The notes: generated by a model from the sequence alone, not told the origin. A DNA stretch of 44,987 nt from Planctomycetota bacterium (GCA_026991575.1 JALXBF010000143.1:1-44987); one strand, 5' to 3'. Positions 1 through 10,587 are shown, numbered from the stretch's first letter. A program made the numbers and translations.

Positions 1-858
1 GACATCTACCACCATCCCCCCGTGCTGGTGCCAATGTTCACTTACGAACGGAGCGTACGCTATCCCAGCGGCCATCGAAACGTGATGTTCGCCAGACGCG
101 GCATCCGACCGCTCCCAAGGCTGTCCGGCCAGAACCGTCTCATGGGCACGCCGCAAACGGGTGCCCCGGATATCAAACGGCTGTACGCCTATCTGAGACA
201 CTTTGGGGGGATCTGCTCGGTGCACACCTCCGCCACCGGGATGGGCACCGACTGGCGGGACAATGATCCGGAGGTCGAGCCGGTGGTTGAGATCTATCAG
301 GGCCACCGCCAAAACTACGAGCATCCCGGAGCACCATACACGGCCAAAGGTCCAGCCGATTCGATCGGCGGCTATCAGCCTGCAGGCTACGTCTGGAACG
401 CGCTCAAGAAGGGCTACAAGCTCGGGTTCCAGGTCTCCAGCGACCACGTCTCCACGCATCTGTCGTATGGGGTGGTCGCTGTGGAGGAAGTGTCGCGCGA
501 GGCAATCCTGGCTGCGTTCAAGCAGCGGCATTCGTACGGGGCCATGGACAATATCATCGCCGTGGTTACTTGCGGCGATCACATGATGGGCGACGCATTC
601 ACGACCACCACGAAGCCGACCCTGCACATCCAGGTGATCGGCACGGCGCCGGTGGCCCGAATCAGCATCATCCGCGGTGTCAAAGGCGAGACGCCTTCGT
701 ACGTCTTTGAGCAGCGGCCCAATAAGCAAGCCGTTACGATCGACTGGACCGACGACGCACCGCTTAGCGGCACGGAGGCGTACTATTACGTTCGCGTCGA
801 ACAGGCGGACGGCCGCGTGGCGTGGATCAGCCCGATGTGGATTACGTACCAGCCGTGA
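1..858 (+). CDS. PHP-like metallohydrolase (CehA/McbA / DUF3604-like), 5'-truncated by window edge
   Basis: Frame open from base 1; motifs YE..V.YPSGHRNV, SVHTS, VEIYQ, SSDH, and C-terminal YYYVRVEQADG..AW.SP.W typical of this family. Confidence 0.7.
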   Translation, partial: DIYHHPPVLVPMFTYERSVRYPSGHRNVMFARRGIRPLPRLSGQNRLMGTPQTGAPDIKRLYAYLRHFGGICSVHTSATGMGTDWRDNDPEVEPVVEIYQGHRQNYEHPGAPYTAKGPADSIGGYQPAGYVWNALKKGYKLGFQVSSDHVSTHLSYGVVAVEEVSREAILAAFKQRHSYGAMDNIIAVVTCGDHMMGDAFTTTTKPTLHIQVIGTAPVARISIIRGVKGETPSYVFEQRPNKQAVTIDWTDDAPLSGTEAYYYVRVEQADGRVAWISPMWITYQP

Positions 859-870
859 CCGGGGCGTGAC

Positions 871-1437
871 ATGGCGAAGCGGATCCTGATGATCGTCGGC
901 GACTACGTCGAAGACTATGAGGCCATGGTACCGTTTCAGGCGCTCCGTGCGCTGGGCCACCAGGTCGATGCAGTCTGTCCGAACAAGCGCAAGGGGCAAA
1001 CGGTACGCACCGCGATCCACGACTTTGACGGCGCGCAGACGTATAGCGAGAAACCGGGACACCTGTTCACGCTTACGGCCGACTTCGACCAGATTGACCC
1101 AGCCAACTATGATGCATTGCTACTGCCTGGTGGCCGCGCGCCGGAGTACCTGCGACTGAACGAGCGTGTGCTGGAGTTGGTGCGGCACTTCGCCGCGGCT
1201 GCTAAGCCGATCGGGGCAATCTGTCACGGCATCCAGCTTCTGACGGCCGCCGACGTGATCCGCGACCGCTCGCTCACCGCTTACCCGGCGGTAGCGCCAG
1301 AAGTGCGGCTGGCTGGGGCACGCTACGTGGACGTGGGCATCGAAGGGGCGCACGTGGACGGTAACCTGGTAACGGCCCCCGCCTGGCCGGCTCACCCGGA
1401 GTTCCTGGCGCGGTTCCTCGAAGTGCTGGGACGCTAA
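871..1437 (+). CDS. DJ-1/PfpI family protein (class I glutamine amidotransferase-like; glyoxalase III/deglycase-like)
   Basis: [21 protein letters not shown], nucleophile elbow AICHG. Confidence 0.93.
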   Translation: MAKRILMIVGDYVEDYEAMVPFQALRALGHQVDAVCPNKRKGQTVRTAIHDFDGAQTYSEKPGHLFTLTADFDQIDPANYDALLLPGGRAPEYLRLNERVLELVRHFAAAAKPIGAICHGIQLLTAADVIRDRSLTAYPAVAPEVRLAGARYVDVGIEGAHVDGNLVTAPAWPAHPEFLARFLEVLGR

Positions 1438-1645
1438 TTCCGGTGCCCGCATCGTCCGGGGCATCACTCGCGGCCGCTCCCTGTGCTGCGACCGGTCCTG
1501 AGGACATTCGCCGTGTCCCGGCAAGGGGTGATGCTGCGGCTAGTCGGGTTTCCCACATTCCCGAACCGCGGCTGTTCTGGCCGGAACCTTCCGGCGCTGC
1601 ACCGCTCGGGCCAGGCGCGCGCGGCACACTCGTCCGGCTTGCCCG

Positions 1646-2146
1646 ATGACTTCGGTCAACAGGGAAGAGAAACTGGTCATCCGCCCGGCGAACCCGCTGG
1701 AGCACGAGCAGGCTCTCGTGGAAGCCTACCAGTCCGCGTACGAGGAGCTTCAAGAGTATGCCTACCGGCGGCGTGAGGAGATCACCCGCTATTTCGAGTG
1801 GCTTTGGCGGCGCTGTGGGAACGGCGTGCTCGTGGCGTTCCCAAACTCCGACCCGGTGGCCCTGATTGCCTGTGACCCCAACTGGAATATGGCGGAAGAT
1901 CCGTTGTTGGGGGAACTACACGAGTTCTTCGTGCACCGGGACTTCCAGGGCCGCGGAATCGGGCGGGCATTGTTCGAAGCAGGCCTGCGATTTTTGAGCG
2001 ACCACGGTTGCCGCCGGTACGCACTCTGGGTGGGCGAACGCAACGAAGCGGCACAACGGCTGTACGAACGATACGGTTTTCAGCGTACGGGCCAGGTCGG
2101 CATCTGGGTCAGGATGGAGCGGTCAGAACCCTGGCCGCCTGCTTAA
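1646..2146 (+). CDS. GNAT family N-acetyltransferase
   Basis: Motif A FVHRDFQGRGIGRALF; motif B V...NEAAQRLYERYGF. Confidence 0.9.
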   Translation: MTSVNREEKLVIRPANPLEHEQALVEAYQSAYEELQEYAYRRREEITRYFEWLWRRCGNGVLVAFPNSDPVALIACDPNWNMAEDPLLGELHEFFVHRDFQGRGIGRALFEAGLRFLSDHGCRRYALWVGERNEAAQRLYERYGFQRTGQVGIWVRMERSEPWPPA

Positions 2147-3218
2147 TCACTTCATGCAACACGTTCACCGCAGTAACGACGTCGTCCAACCGAACCGCCT
2201 CCCGCTCCGTGTGCGCGTCGCGCAGGTCGCCTGGCCCGAAGACGACCGCGGGGATGCCGTGGCGCACCAGTGGCTCGGCATCCGTCCAGCTCTTGATGCC
2301 AGCCAGCACCGCGTCCCTGCCGGTAGCCGCTCGGAACGCCGCGGCCAGCAGTCGCACGACCGGTGCGTCCTTCGCCAGCTCAAAACCACCCGAAACATCG
2401 AGCACGCGGGGCCGTGCGTCGTGCATGGCGCCAAGCTGTTGGAGCCGTGCGATCAGCTCGTCCGGATCATCCCCCGGGAACATGCGCAAGTCGATATGCA
2501 CGCGGCACTCGTCCGGCACGCGCAGCGCGTCGGAGCCGCCGTTGAACGCCATGACGTTGAAACCGGCTTCTCCCAGCGCCGGGTGATTCCGGCGCCCGCG
2601 GAATGCCTTGGCCAGCGACTGCAGCAACGCGATTGCCTTCTCGATCGCGTTCGTGCCCGCCTCGAACTCACTCCCGTGACACGCATAGCCTGGCACGACA
2701 AACTCCATCTCAATGGAGCCGGCCGCCACGTGGCACACGCTCAATCGAGTGGGCTCCATGACGATCGCGGCATCCGCCTCAATCGCCTCCGCAAGTGCCT
2801 CCGATCCGGTCCCCCCGCGCTCCTCATCTACCGTAAAGGCCACTGCCACGTGCTCGAGCGGGGTTCCTTCGGCCAACGCGCACCGGATCGCTCCCAGGAT
2901 GGCGACCACGCCCCCTTTGACGTCCGCCGCGCCGCGGCCACGCAGCCAACCGTTCTCAATCCTGGGCACGAACAGCTCCGGATGCCCGAAATCGGGGACG
3001 GTGTCAACGTGAGCGGTCAGCAGCACCGCAGGGCGCTTCTTGGCTGGCAACACCAAGTTCGCACGATGCTTGTCGATCTGCTGGCGGAACGGGTGTAAGC
3101 CCATCTCGGCGAGGTGATGCTCAAGGTAGACGATGCAGGGCATCTCCGAGCCCGTGACGCTGGGGATGGCCACGAGCTTAGCCAGTTCGTGGACGATGTA
3201 CTGTTGCAGCTGAGTCAT
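2109..3218 (-). CDS. M20 family metallohydrolase (ArgE/DapE-like)
   Basis: AHVDTV, GRGAADVKGG, DEE, MEPT, AHTERE metal-binding motifs; convergent 38-bp overlap with the GNAT gene. Confidence 0.9.
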   Translation of the reverse strand: MTQLQQYIVHELAKLVAIPSVTGSEMPCIVYLEHHLAEMGLHPFRQQIDKHRANLVLPAKKRPAVLLTAHVDTVPDFGHPELFVPRIENGWLRGRGAADVKGGVVAILGAIRCALAEGTPLEHVAVAFTVDEERGGTGSEALAEAIEADAAIVMEPTRLSVCHVAAGSIEMEFVVPGYACHGSEFEAGTNAIEKAIALLQSLAKAFRGRRNHPALGEAGFNVMAFNGGSDALRVPDECRVHIDLRMFPGDDPDELIARLQQLGAMHDARPRVLDVSGGFELAKDAPVVRLLAAAFRAATGRDAVLAGIKSWTDAEPLVRHGIPAVVFGPGDLRDAHTEREAVRLDDVVTAVNVLHEVIKQAARVLTAPS

Positions 3219-3455
3219 GACGGCCGCGCCCCCGCTGAGACCACGTCCTCAGTACTTGCACTCCGCCCGGACCCACCAAATCGAAGCCGGGCATCAAGGG
3301 GTGAGCGGCGTACCCAACGCACTGGCTGTGGCCAGCAGCCGTTTCGCCGCTGGCGGTCAAGCGCCCCACTTCAACGTGTCCTCCAACGCCCCACGGTGAC
3401 AGTCTGTTTCTCCCGAGAACAGCCCGCCGCAGACCCCGTGGTCTGCCGGCTTATC

Positions 3456-5285
3456 TCAGCTGTCCCCCTCCGGCGGTGCGCTATTGGGACGGTCGCCGGC
3501 GGGCTGGCCCGCCGTCGGGTGTTGGGACGCTGCCTGTGCGTCTGTCTTTGCCTCGACAGCCCGCGCGCCCGTCGTTGCCGACCCGCCCGTGTCTTTGCCC
3601 GCTTTGACCACGAGCCGGAACACGTCCCGGGGCCGCAGTACGCCGACCAGCGTGCCACTACTAACCACCGGCACCGTGTCATCCTGCACCTGGCCAATCC
3701 GTGTCCAGATGTCCTTGAGCTTCTCCTCCGGGTCAAGCACCAGAGGGGGCGGTAGCGCGATATCGTCCGCGCGCACCAGAGCGCCCAACTCAGGGTCAAA
3801 CAGCACGTCGCGGAGGTCCGTGTAGCGAATGATCCCAACCAGTTGGTTGGCGCGATCCACCACCGGGAAGGTGTTCTGGTGGCTCTTCTCCAGCAAGTGG
3901 ACCACGTCGTCGAAGGTTGCCGAGACGGGGACGGCATCGAACGTCTTGCGCATCAGCTCCTTGACCGGCACGTCAGCCGCAGCGATCTGTTTCTTACGCA
4001 GCCCCAATGCCTCCAGGAGCCGGCGACTCATGTAGCTCAGCTCCTCCACCGGTGTTGTGGTCACGTGCCGGATCGCATGCGCAACGGGAACCTCGCCCGC
4101 TTGCAACACGGCCCAGCGGATGAGCAACGGCCCGATCAACTCGAACACGACAACCGTGCCCAGGATGACGGTCTTTACCTGAGCCGCCTGCTGGGCCAAC
4201 CCAGGCACACCGTCGCAGCGTTCAGCGGCAATCGAGCTGAGCACAAGCGCAGTACCCGCCTGGGCCAGTAACGCAAACCCCAACCACCTCCCCACCGTGG
4301 GCCCGACGCCGGTCCAGCGGGCAGCCAGCCATACGCCCGCATACTTGCCGACCAGGCGCAGCACAATGTAGGCTCCGCCGAGCAGTCCCGCACGGGCCAG
4401 AGCGCCCGGGTCCATCTCCGCGCCGTGCGTCGTGAAGAACACCACGCAAAGCAGACCCGTCAAATGCTTGATCTCACCAACCAGCGCAGCCGACTCCTCC
4501 GTGGCATTGGCAACCGTCGCACCCATCGTCAGGAACGTCAGCAAGAACGGCATGTGAAAGTACTCGCTCACCGCCAGCGTGATCACGGTCACCGCCACCA
4601 GCAGAACGAACCAGTGCGAGCGGTCGAGCAGAGCGGACACGTACGTCAGCACGGCACCGGCAGCAACCCCCAACACGACCGAACCGGCCAGGTCCCTTAG
4701 AAAGAGCAACAGTTCCCACAGCACCCCCGGCTGACCAGCGTTCGAGGAGCCGTGCACGAAGAGAAAGCCGGCCAAGGCAAGCTCGAAGAGTACCAGGCAC
4801 GCCAAGTTGTTGAACACGATCAGCGCGACCGTGTACTCGGTTACCGGCCCTTCGGAGTCGGCCTCCTGGAGCACCAGCACGGTTGTGGCCGGGGCAGTCG
4901 CCACGGCCAGGATCCCGAGCATTACTGCAATGGTCAGCCCATAGCCCAACAGCAGCAGCCCGGCAAATACAACCAGCGACGAGACCGCAACGTCGCCGAG
5001 CGATAGCCGAGCGGTCTTGCCCAGATGGCCCCGGACCCGGTCGAGCGTGAACGTGCAGCCCATTTCGAAAAGCACCAATGCCATCGCCGCCTTGCCCAGC
5101 GGTTCAAATAGCACGATGTCACCGTGCCCCAGGACACGCGCCCCCCAAGGTCCGAGTGCCAGGCCGGTCAGAAGGAAGGCGGTCACGTGCGGCACGCGCA
5201 GCTGCTCCAGCAGGATCCCGGCCGCCAGGGCAACGGCCAACAAGATGCCCAGATCCAGAACGGTTAGCCAGGGAATGGCTTCCAT
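3456..5285 (-). CDS. Cation:proton antiporter (CPA2/KefB-like) with C-terminal CBS domain pair
   Basis: ~12 hydrophobic helices, ATAPA motif, RLVGK; C-terminal VKELM...FPVVD...LVGII CBS pair. Confidence 0.85.
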   Translation of the reverse strand: MEAIPWLTVLDLGILLAVALAAGILLEQLRVPHVTAFLLTGLALGPWGARVLGHGDIVLFEPLGKAAMALVLFEMGCTFTLDRVRGHLGKTARLSLGDVAVSSLVVFAGLLLLGYGLTIAVMLGILAVATAPATTVLVLQEADSEGPVTEYTVALIVFNNLACLVLFELALAGFLFVHGSSNAGQPGVLWELLLFLRDLAGSVVLGVAAGAVLTYVSALLDRSHWFVLLVAVTVITLAVSEYFHMPFLLTFLTMGATVANATEESAALVGEIKHLTGLLCVVFFTTHGAEMDPGALARAGLLGGAYIVLRLVGKYAGVWLAARWTGVGPTVGRWLGFALLAQAGTALVLSSIAAERCDGVPGLAQQAAQVKTVILGTVVVFELIGPLLIRWAVLQAGEVPVAHAIRHVTTTPVEELSYMSRRLLEALGLRKKQIAAADVPVKELMRKTFDAVPVSATFDDVVHLLEKSHQNTFPVVDRANQLVGIIRYTDLRDVLFDPELGALVRADDIALPPPLVLDPEEKLKDIWTRIGQVQDDTVPVVSSGTLVGVLRPRDVFRLVVKAGKDTGGSATTGARAVEAKTDAQAASQHPTAGQPAGDRPNSAPPEGDS

Positions 5286-5309
5286 GGGGACTCCACAGAG
5301 CTGTCCTCT

Positions 5310-5732
5310 TCAACCAGCGTGCCGCTCCTGGTCCGCCCGATAGGTCGCAAAACTAGTCTCTGTCTCCCAAAGCGTGACCTCGACCACCGGGTAGCCCAGT
5401 TGCCGGGTGCGTTCAAATACGAGGCGGGCAATAGCTTCAGCCGTAGGGTTCTCGTCCAGCACGTACACCGGCTCGCCCAGCTGGACCAACAGCGGCAGGA
5501 CCGGATCGTCGCGGCAGAGGATCATTTTGTGGTCCAGATGCTCGTCGATCCAGCCACCCACGGTCCGCTTGATCTCGCTGAAATCACACACCATTCCAAG
5601 CGGATCGAGCCGGTCGGTTTCCAGTGTGATGAATGCTCGGGCATTATGGCCGTGCAGGTAACGGCACTTGCCCGAGTAGTTCAAGAGCCGGTGGCCGTAG
5701 CAGAAGCGGATTTCTTTTGTGACCCGGTACAT
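5310..5732 (-). CDS. queD: 6-carboxy-5,6,7,8-tetrahydropterin synthase
   Basis: H..L....KC..LHGHN, DF..IK, LDH, PTAE, V.LWET motifs. Confidence 0.93.
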   Translation of the reverse strand: MYRVTKEIRFCYGHRLLNYSGKCRYLHGHNARAFITLETDRLDPLGMVCDFSEIKRTVGGWIDEHLDHKMILCRDDPVLPLLVQLGEPVYVLDENPTAEAIARLVFERTRQLGYPVVEVTLWETETSFATYRADQERHAG

Positions 5733-5754
5733 CGCTCACGATCGAATGGGCGTC

Positions 5755-6426
5755 TCACGCGCCGGCGCGGGCCGCGTACATCGTGCTGTCGGGAACCCCT
5801 GCTGCACGGAACGCAATTCTACGTTCCTCACACTTGTTGCAGCATCCGCAGTGCAGGCCGTCGGTGGGGGTTAGACACGAGAGCGTCAGGTGCAGGGGCA
5901 GGTCCTTGCCCAGCCGGATAACGTCCGCCTTGCTCATTCCCAGGAACGGTGTTACCACGTACAGGCTCCAACGCAGCCCTTCCCGCACGCAGTGCTCGAC
6001 CGCACGGTAGAACGCAGGCGTGGCATCGGCGAACGGATTCCCGCTTAGCGGCGCCGTGGCCAGAGTATGCACGTCGTGGAACGTACACCAGACGGCCGCT
6101 TTGGCCAGCAGCAGCAAGTTACGGCCCGGCAGATAGACGGCTGAAGCAGTTGTGCCCTGGGCCGGTGCCGGCCTGCTGTCGTCAACGCTCCAGTGGCTGC
6201 CATACAGATCGCCAGCAGGCATGTCCAACAGCACCGGCGCATGAAGACCCTCAAGCTGGCAGGCAGCGCAGAACTCCTGCACGGCTCGTGCCTCGTCGGC
6301 CTCCCAACGCAGACCGCAACGGATGTAAATCGGGTACACCGTGGCGCCTTGGCGCGCGTAGGTGGCAGCAAGCACAGACGAGTCGACGCCGCCGCTGCAC
6401 AGCACGGCCACCCGCTGTGAGGGCAT
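5755..6426 (-). CDS. queC: 7-cyano-7-deazaguanine (preQ0) synthase
   Basis: SGGVDS PP-loop, YLPGRNLLLL, SC-x8-CGCCNKC Zn motif; start moved to ATG 6426 (MPSQRVAVL), in frame with the listed ORF. Confidence 0.88.
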   Translation of the reverse strand: MPSQRVAVLCSGGVDSSVLAATYARQGATVYPIYIRCGLRWEADEARAVQEFCAACQLEGLHAPVLLDMPAGDLYGSHWSVDDSRPAPAQGTTASAVYLPGRNLLLLAKAAVWCTFHDVHTLATAPLSGNPFADATPAFYRAVEHCVREGLRWSLYVVTPFLGMSKADVIRLGKDLPLHLTLSCLTPTDGLHCGCCNKCEERRIAFRAAGVPDSTMYAARAGA

Positions 6427-6754
6427 CGGCAAACGAATCAACGGTGCGTTCCTCCGGGACGGGCCCGCAGCTGCACTGCTACCTTCCACCAACCATAGCT
6501 GCACGCGATTTTACGGTCCGCACCATGCCCCGCAAGCCATCGGAGCAGTGAGCCAGATGTCGGCGCGGCGAACATCGCGCGCCGAAGGCGGGGATTGCCA
6601 GCGATCTGAACCACTCGCCACGCGCTCCGGTGCCTTCTGTAGCCCGTTTGGCTCCGTGAATCTTGCCCAACGGCAACAAGCCACCTGCGCTCACCGGCTG
6701 GTACACTAACGCTGTCCCGCCGACCGGCGTCCCGCAAAGTTCGAGGATCGCGTC

Positions 6755-8962
6755 ATGGCGCGTCTGCTAGCCGTCGCGTTCTCCATCGCAGCGCACCTGG
6801 TAGCCGGCAGCTTCCGATGCCCCTTCGGACAGCACTGTGCCGCGGCCGCGTCCGAGCCGGACAGCAAGCCGCATGTGGCCGAGCCGCTGGCCCAGGCCGC
6901 CAACACCTGGGTCAAACGCAGCCCGCTACCCGGCGGTCCCCCGTCACCGCGGCTCGGCTACGAAGGTGCCTGTGTCTACGACACTGTCCATCGGGTCATG
7001 ATCCGCTACGGCGGCCACAATCAGGGAGGTGGCGGCGAACAGGGCTCAGAGGTGTGGTTGTACGAGCCGATCACCGCTCGCTGGCGACTCATGTTGCCAA
7101 ACACTTCGCCCCCCGGCGTCTGTTGCGCGCAACAGGCCGTGTTCGACCCGATCTTCGCACGCTTCATCCGGTTCCCGGCTTTCAGCGGCAGCCACGGTTG
7201 GCAATGGTTCCGAGAGGTCTACCTGAACGATTCGACCATCTGGGTCTACAGTGTCGCAGAGAATCGCTGGCACAACCTGCGACCTGCCCCGGCCCCGCAG
7301 ATCGGGCCACTGCGGTGCGCCTCGTGGGACCAGGAGTATCAGGTGGTTGTGCTCTTCGGCGGCGAAGGCAGTCGGGAAGGAACCCTGGTCTACGACCCGT
7401 ATGTCAACCGCTGGTACCGTATGGAGCCGTCGCCGCAGCCGCCACCGCGCAGCGCAGGCAACATGGCCTACGACGCTCGCCACCGGGTGCACGTGCTGTT
7501 CGGCGCCCAGTTCAGCAATGATCCCCACACGTGGCTGTACTCGTTGAAGGAAAACCGTTGGCAGCGGCGTCGGCCCGAACCCAGCCCCCCCTCCGATCGA
7601 AACGACGCCGTGCTGTGCTACGACAGCATCCACGGCAAGATCATCGCGCTGGTAAAGGTCACGACCGGTGATCGCCAACAGGCTCGGCACCGGCTGGAAA
7701 CCTGGGTCTACGACGTCGCCAAGAACCAGTGGCAAAAGATGAACCCCCCGCGCGAACCGGATCCCTCCGGAAATCGGGCACGGCAGTTGATGTTTGCACC
7801 CGACCTGAACGTCGCGCTGTTGGAGAATCGCGTCGGCGGGCGGGAACGTGTTCGCCCCGAACAACAGATCTGGACCTACCGACTGGCTCCACGCCCCACC
7901 GACCGAACCGAGCCGCTCCGGCCGCCCGAGCAACTGACTCTCCGCACCACCGATCGTGGCGTGGTCCTTCGGTGGCGTCCCAGCCCGGACCGCCGCGTAG
8001 CACGATACCGAGTGGAGTTTTCCCTCGGTGAGCGGCCGTGGGAAGGGCAGTTCAAGGTCATTGGCGAAGTCGACCGGGCAACGACTCGATTCGAACACCG
8101 GCCTCCGGGCAAAGGCGTTCCGCTGTACCGGCTTCGTAGCGTAGCAGCCGATGGCTCGGCCGGCCCCGCGACACCGCTGCTCCGCGCTCAGCCGCGTATC
8201 GTTGAGTCGATCGTCGTCTCCGTGCTCGGGCACCGCGTGGTCCACCTTCGCTGGCAGCCGCCCCCCTGCGGCGGGGACCCGAGCATCGTTGGCTATCTCG
8301 TCGAGCGCGCCCCGGTGACCGTCTGGTCCAACGCCGAGCTGGTGCGTATCGCGGAGCAGACCGAGCCGCTCACGCAACCGTCCGTGGGCCGAATTCAGGC
8401 TATCGGCCGCTTCGAGCAATTGACCCCCGGACCGGTCACTGCCACCGAATACACCGACCGCTCCGTCGATCTGACCCGCCCGGCCGCCACGATCGCGTCG
8501 CCAGTTTTCTCCGTCCGCCTCCACCGCTCACACCTGCGCGACGGACCCGGCTACCGGTACGCGGTGTATGCGTATCGCGTCCGCGCCGTGAATCGGCTGG
8601 GCATCCTCAGCGGTCCCTCCCCTTGGACGCTGACCATTCCGTCATCGCCACAGTACGTCTTCGCACGCGAACGCGGCGAAGCATGCGAGTTGAAGTGGCA
8701 ACCAAACCCGGAGGAAGGCATCATTGGATACCGCGTCTACCGGATGGACGGACGCTACCGAGGCTCACCCGTGAGGCGCCTAACCAAGGAGCCGATCACC
8801 GACACGCGTTTCGTGGACCACTCCCCAGGCAGGCACACCCGGCGTTACTACATTGTGGCCGTCGACCGTCTCGGCCAGGAAGGCACACCGTCAGCACCCG
8901 TGTGGTATCGGCGTGAGTGGCAGCGGTTCTATGAGCCGTTCGTTGGTGAGTGGCACCAGTAG
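6755..8962 (+). CDS. Secreted Kelch-type beta-propeller + fibronectin type III domain protein
   Basis: Signal-like N-terminus; repeated YD....V.LFGG....T..YD...N.W blades; FN3 signatures (LRW, I.GY.VYR, Y.V.AV...G..G.PS). Confidence 0.8.
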   Translation: MARLLAVAFSIAAHLVAGSFRCPFGQHCAAAASEPDSKPHVAEPLAQAANTWVKRSPLPGGPPSPRLGYEGACVYDTVHRVMIRYGGHNQGGGGEQGSEVWLYEPITARWRLMLPNTSPPGVCCAQQAVFDPIFARFIRFPAFSGSHGWQWFREVYLNDSTIWVYSVAENRWHNLRPAPAPQIGPLRCASWDQEYQVVVLFGGEGSREGTLVYDPYVNRWYRMEPSPQPPPRSAGNMAYDARHRVHVLFGAQFSNDPHTWLYSLKENRWQRRRPEPSPPSDRNDAVLCYDSIHGKIIALVKVTTGDRQQARHRLETWVYDVAKNQWQKMNPPREPDPSGNRARQLMFAPDLNVALLENRVGGRERVRPEQQIWTYRLAPRPTDRTEPLRPPEQLTLRTTDRGVVLRWRPSPDRRVARYRVEFSLGERPWEGQFKVIGEVDRATTRFEHRPPGKGVPLYRLRSVAADGSAGPATPLLRAQPRIVESIVVSVLGHRVVHLRWQPPPCGGDPSIVGYLVERAPVTVWSNAELVRIAEQTEPLTQPSVGRIQAIGRFEQLTPGPVTATEYTDRSVDLTRPAATIASPVFSVRLHRSHLRDGPGYRYAVYAYRVRAVNRLGILSGPSPWTLTIPSSPQYVFARERGEACELKWQPNPEEGIIGYRVYRMDGRYRGSPVRRLTKEPITDTRFVDHSPGRHTRRYYIVAVDRLGQEGTPSAPVWYRREWQRFYEPFVGEWHQ

Positions 8963-8976
8963 CAGCGGGGCAAGTG

Positions 8977-10587
8977 ATGAGTGGTCAACGATGCGACTTC
9001 GGCGAACCACGGACCTGCACCCGCCGCAGCATGCTAAAGCACCTGGCCGCCGTTGCGCTTGCTCCCCGGGTTCCGACCTGGGCAACCGCTCAGATGCCGG
9101 ATCGGGACCTTGCTGCGGATGCGAAGGTGGTCGCATATGCGCTGAGCAAGCTGCGGCGCTGGCTGTATGAGCGAGCCATGCCGAAGATCGATCCGAAGAC
9201 CGGGCTTTACCGAGCCGACGGCCGATGGAACTACCGCGATACGGCAGCCGACTGTTACCCTTTCTTTTGCTGGGCAGCGTACGTCATTGCCCCCGACGTG
9301 CTCAACAACGAAGCGCTGCGGATCCTGGAGGCTGAGCAGCGGCTGTGCAACCATCTGGACCGCATCCCTGCCCGGTACGACTGGTCCACGGGTGGTCCAG
9401 ACCAGGCGATCACCTGGGAGGAACTGGTCTTCGGGGCATCGGAGTACGTTAAGGACGGCCTGATTGCCATCGTCGAAATCACGGGAAAGGGACCGTGGTA
9501 CCACCGAATGCAGGCCATCGAGGACGACATTTGGAAACACGCCCCGGTGCCCACGCGCTACGGCCCGATTCCGTCGCGCAACGTTGAAGTTAATGGTGAG
9601 CAGATCCAGGCGCTGGCGCGACTGTTTTCGATGACCGGCCAGGAACGTTATCTCCACTGGGCGCTGCGTCTGGCTCATTTCTATGTAGACGATCCCGACT
9701 ACGTGCCTCGACGGCTGCGCGACCATGGCTGCGAGATCATCGGTGGACTTGGGCTCTTGCTTGGTGTGCTGCGCGACGCCGACCACCGCGAATTCCCATG
9801 GCTTGCCGACCGGCTCCGGACCATGTTCGATCGCATCCTGGCAGAAGGGTGCAACCCCGACGGCCTGATGTTCAATACCTTGGGCGACGCGCAAAGCGGC
9901 CTCAGCGACAACTGGGGTTACAACTACATCGCGTTCCACTGTTATGACATGGCTACCGGCGAGAGCCGCTACGAGAAAGCTATCCAGCATGTGCTTCGCC
10001 GCATCTGGCAAGAAAAGTATTTCGACTACCCGTGGGAAGGCTCTATCGACGGCTACGCCGACTCCATCGAAGGGGCCATCTATCTGCTGAATCGATTCCC
10101 GGTGCTCGAGGCGCTCCGCTGGGTAGACCGCGAGACGAAACGCCACTTGATCTGGTACGACGTGCCCGGCGGTAAAGAGAAGCTCTGGGGCACGATGAAG
10201 TTAGAATCCAATGCTGTACGCACGGCGATCATGTACACGTTGATGCTGACTGCCGGAGTGCTCGCCCGACCATGGCAACAGGGGCTGGAGCTGGCAGCAC
10301 GTGTCGACGGCACCAAACTGACCGTTTACCTTCGCTCGCCGGGCCCTTGGCGAGGCCGTCTGGTCTTCGATCGACCACGGCACAGGGACTATTTCGGCTT
10401 CCGGCACGACTGGCCCCGGCTGAACACGCTACCGGAGTGGTTCACGGTGGCGCGCACTCGTTCGTATCGCGTGCGCATTATCGCAGCGCGGTCCGAGGAA
10501 CGGTTGCTCTCTGGCAAGGCGCTCGCCGAAGGCCTGAAGCTGGACCACCCAGGAGGGCCTGCCACGATTGAGCTTACGGCAGTGTAA
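8977..10587 (+). CDS. Hypothetical Tat-exported protein, probable (alpha/alpha) barrel glycosidase-like fold
   Basis: TRRSMLKHLAAVALA twin-Arg signal; LARLFSMTGQERYL and YDMATGESRY helix-loop repeats; beta-rich C-terminus; start set at ATG 8977. Confidence 0.6.
   Translation: MSGQRCDFGEPRTCTRRSMLKHLAAVALAPRVPTWATAQMPDRDLAADAKVVAYALSKLRRWLYERAMPKIDPKTGLYRADGRWNYRDTAADCYPFFCWAAYVIAPDVLNNEALRILEAEQRLCNHLDRIPARYDWSTGGPDQAITWEELVFGASEYVKDGLIAIVEITGKGPWYHRMQAIEDDIWKHAPVPTRYGPIPSRNVEVNGEQIQALARLFSMTGQERYLHWALRLAHFYVDDPDYVPRRLRDHGCEIIGGLGLLLGVLRDADHREFPWLADRLRTMFDRILAEGCNPDGLMFNTLGDAQSGLSDNWGYNYIAFHCYDMATGESRYEKAIQHVLRRIWQEKYFDYPWEGSIDGYADSIEGAIYLLNRFPVLEALRWVDRETKRHLIWYDVPGGKEKLWGTMKLESNAVRTAIMYTLMLTAGVLARPWQQGLELAARVDGTKLTVYLRSPGPWRGRLVFDRPRHRDYFGFRHDWPRLNTLPEWFTVARTRSYRVRIIAARSEERLLSGKALAEGLKLDHPGGPATIELTAV

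Noticed and set aside
5755..6426. QueC as part of a Qat/Dpd/CBASS-type defence or DNA-modification system
   Set aside because: Adjacent to canonical queD; no dpdA, TatD, ATPase or cyclase genes nearby
6427..6754. preQ1 riboswitch upstream of queC
   Set aside because: No preQ1-I stem with A-rich tail or other recognisable aptamer on the minus strand
7046..8524. Long antisense/alternate-frame ORFs (e.g. 7046-8524, 9034-10146, 11756-12814, 32605-33825)
   Set aside because: Shadow ORFs of well-supported genes in high-GC DNA; no family motifs
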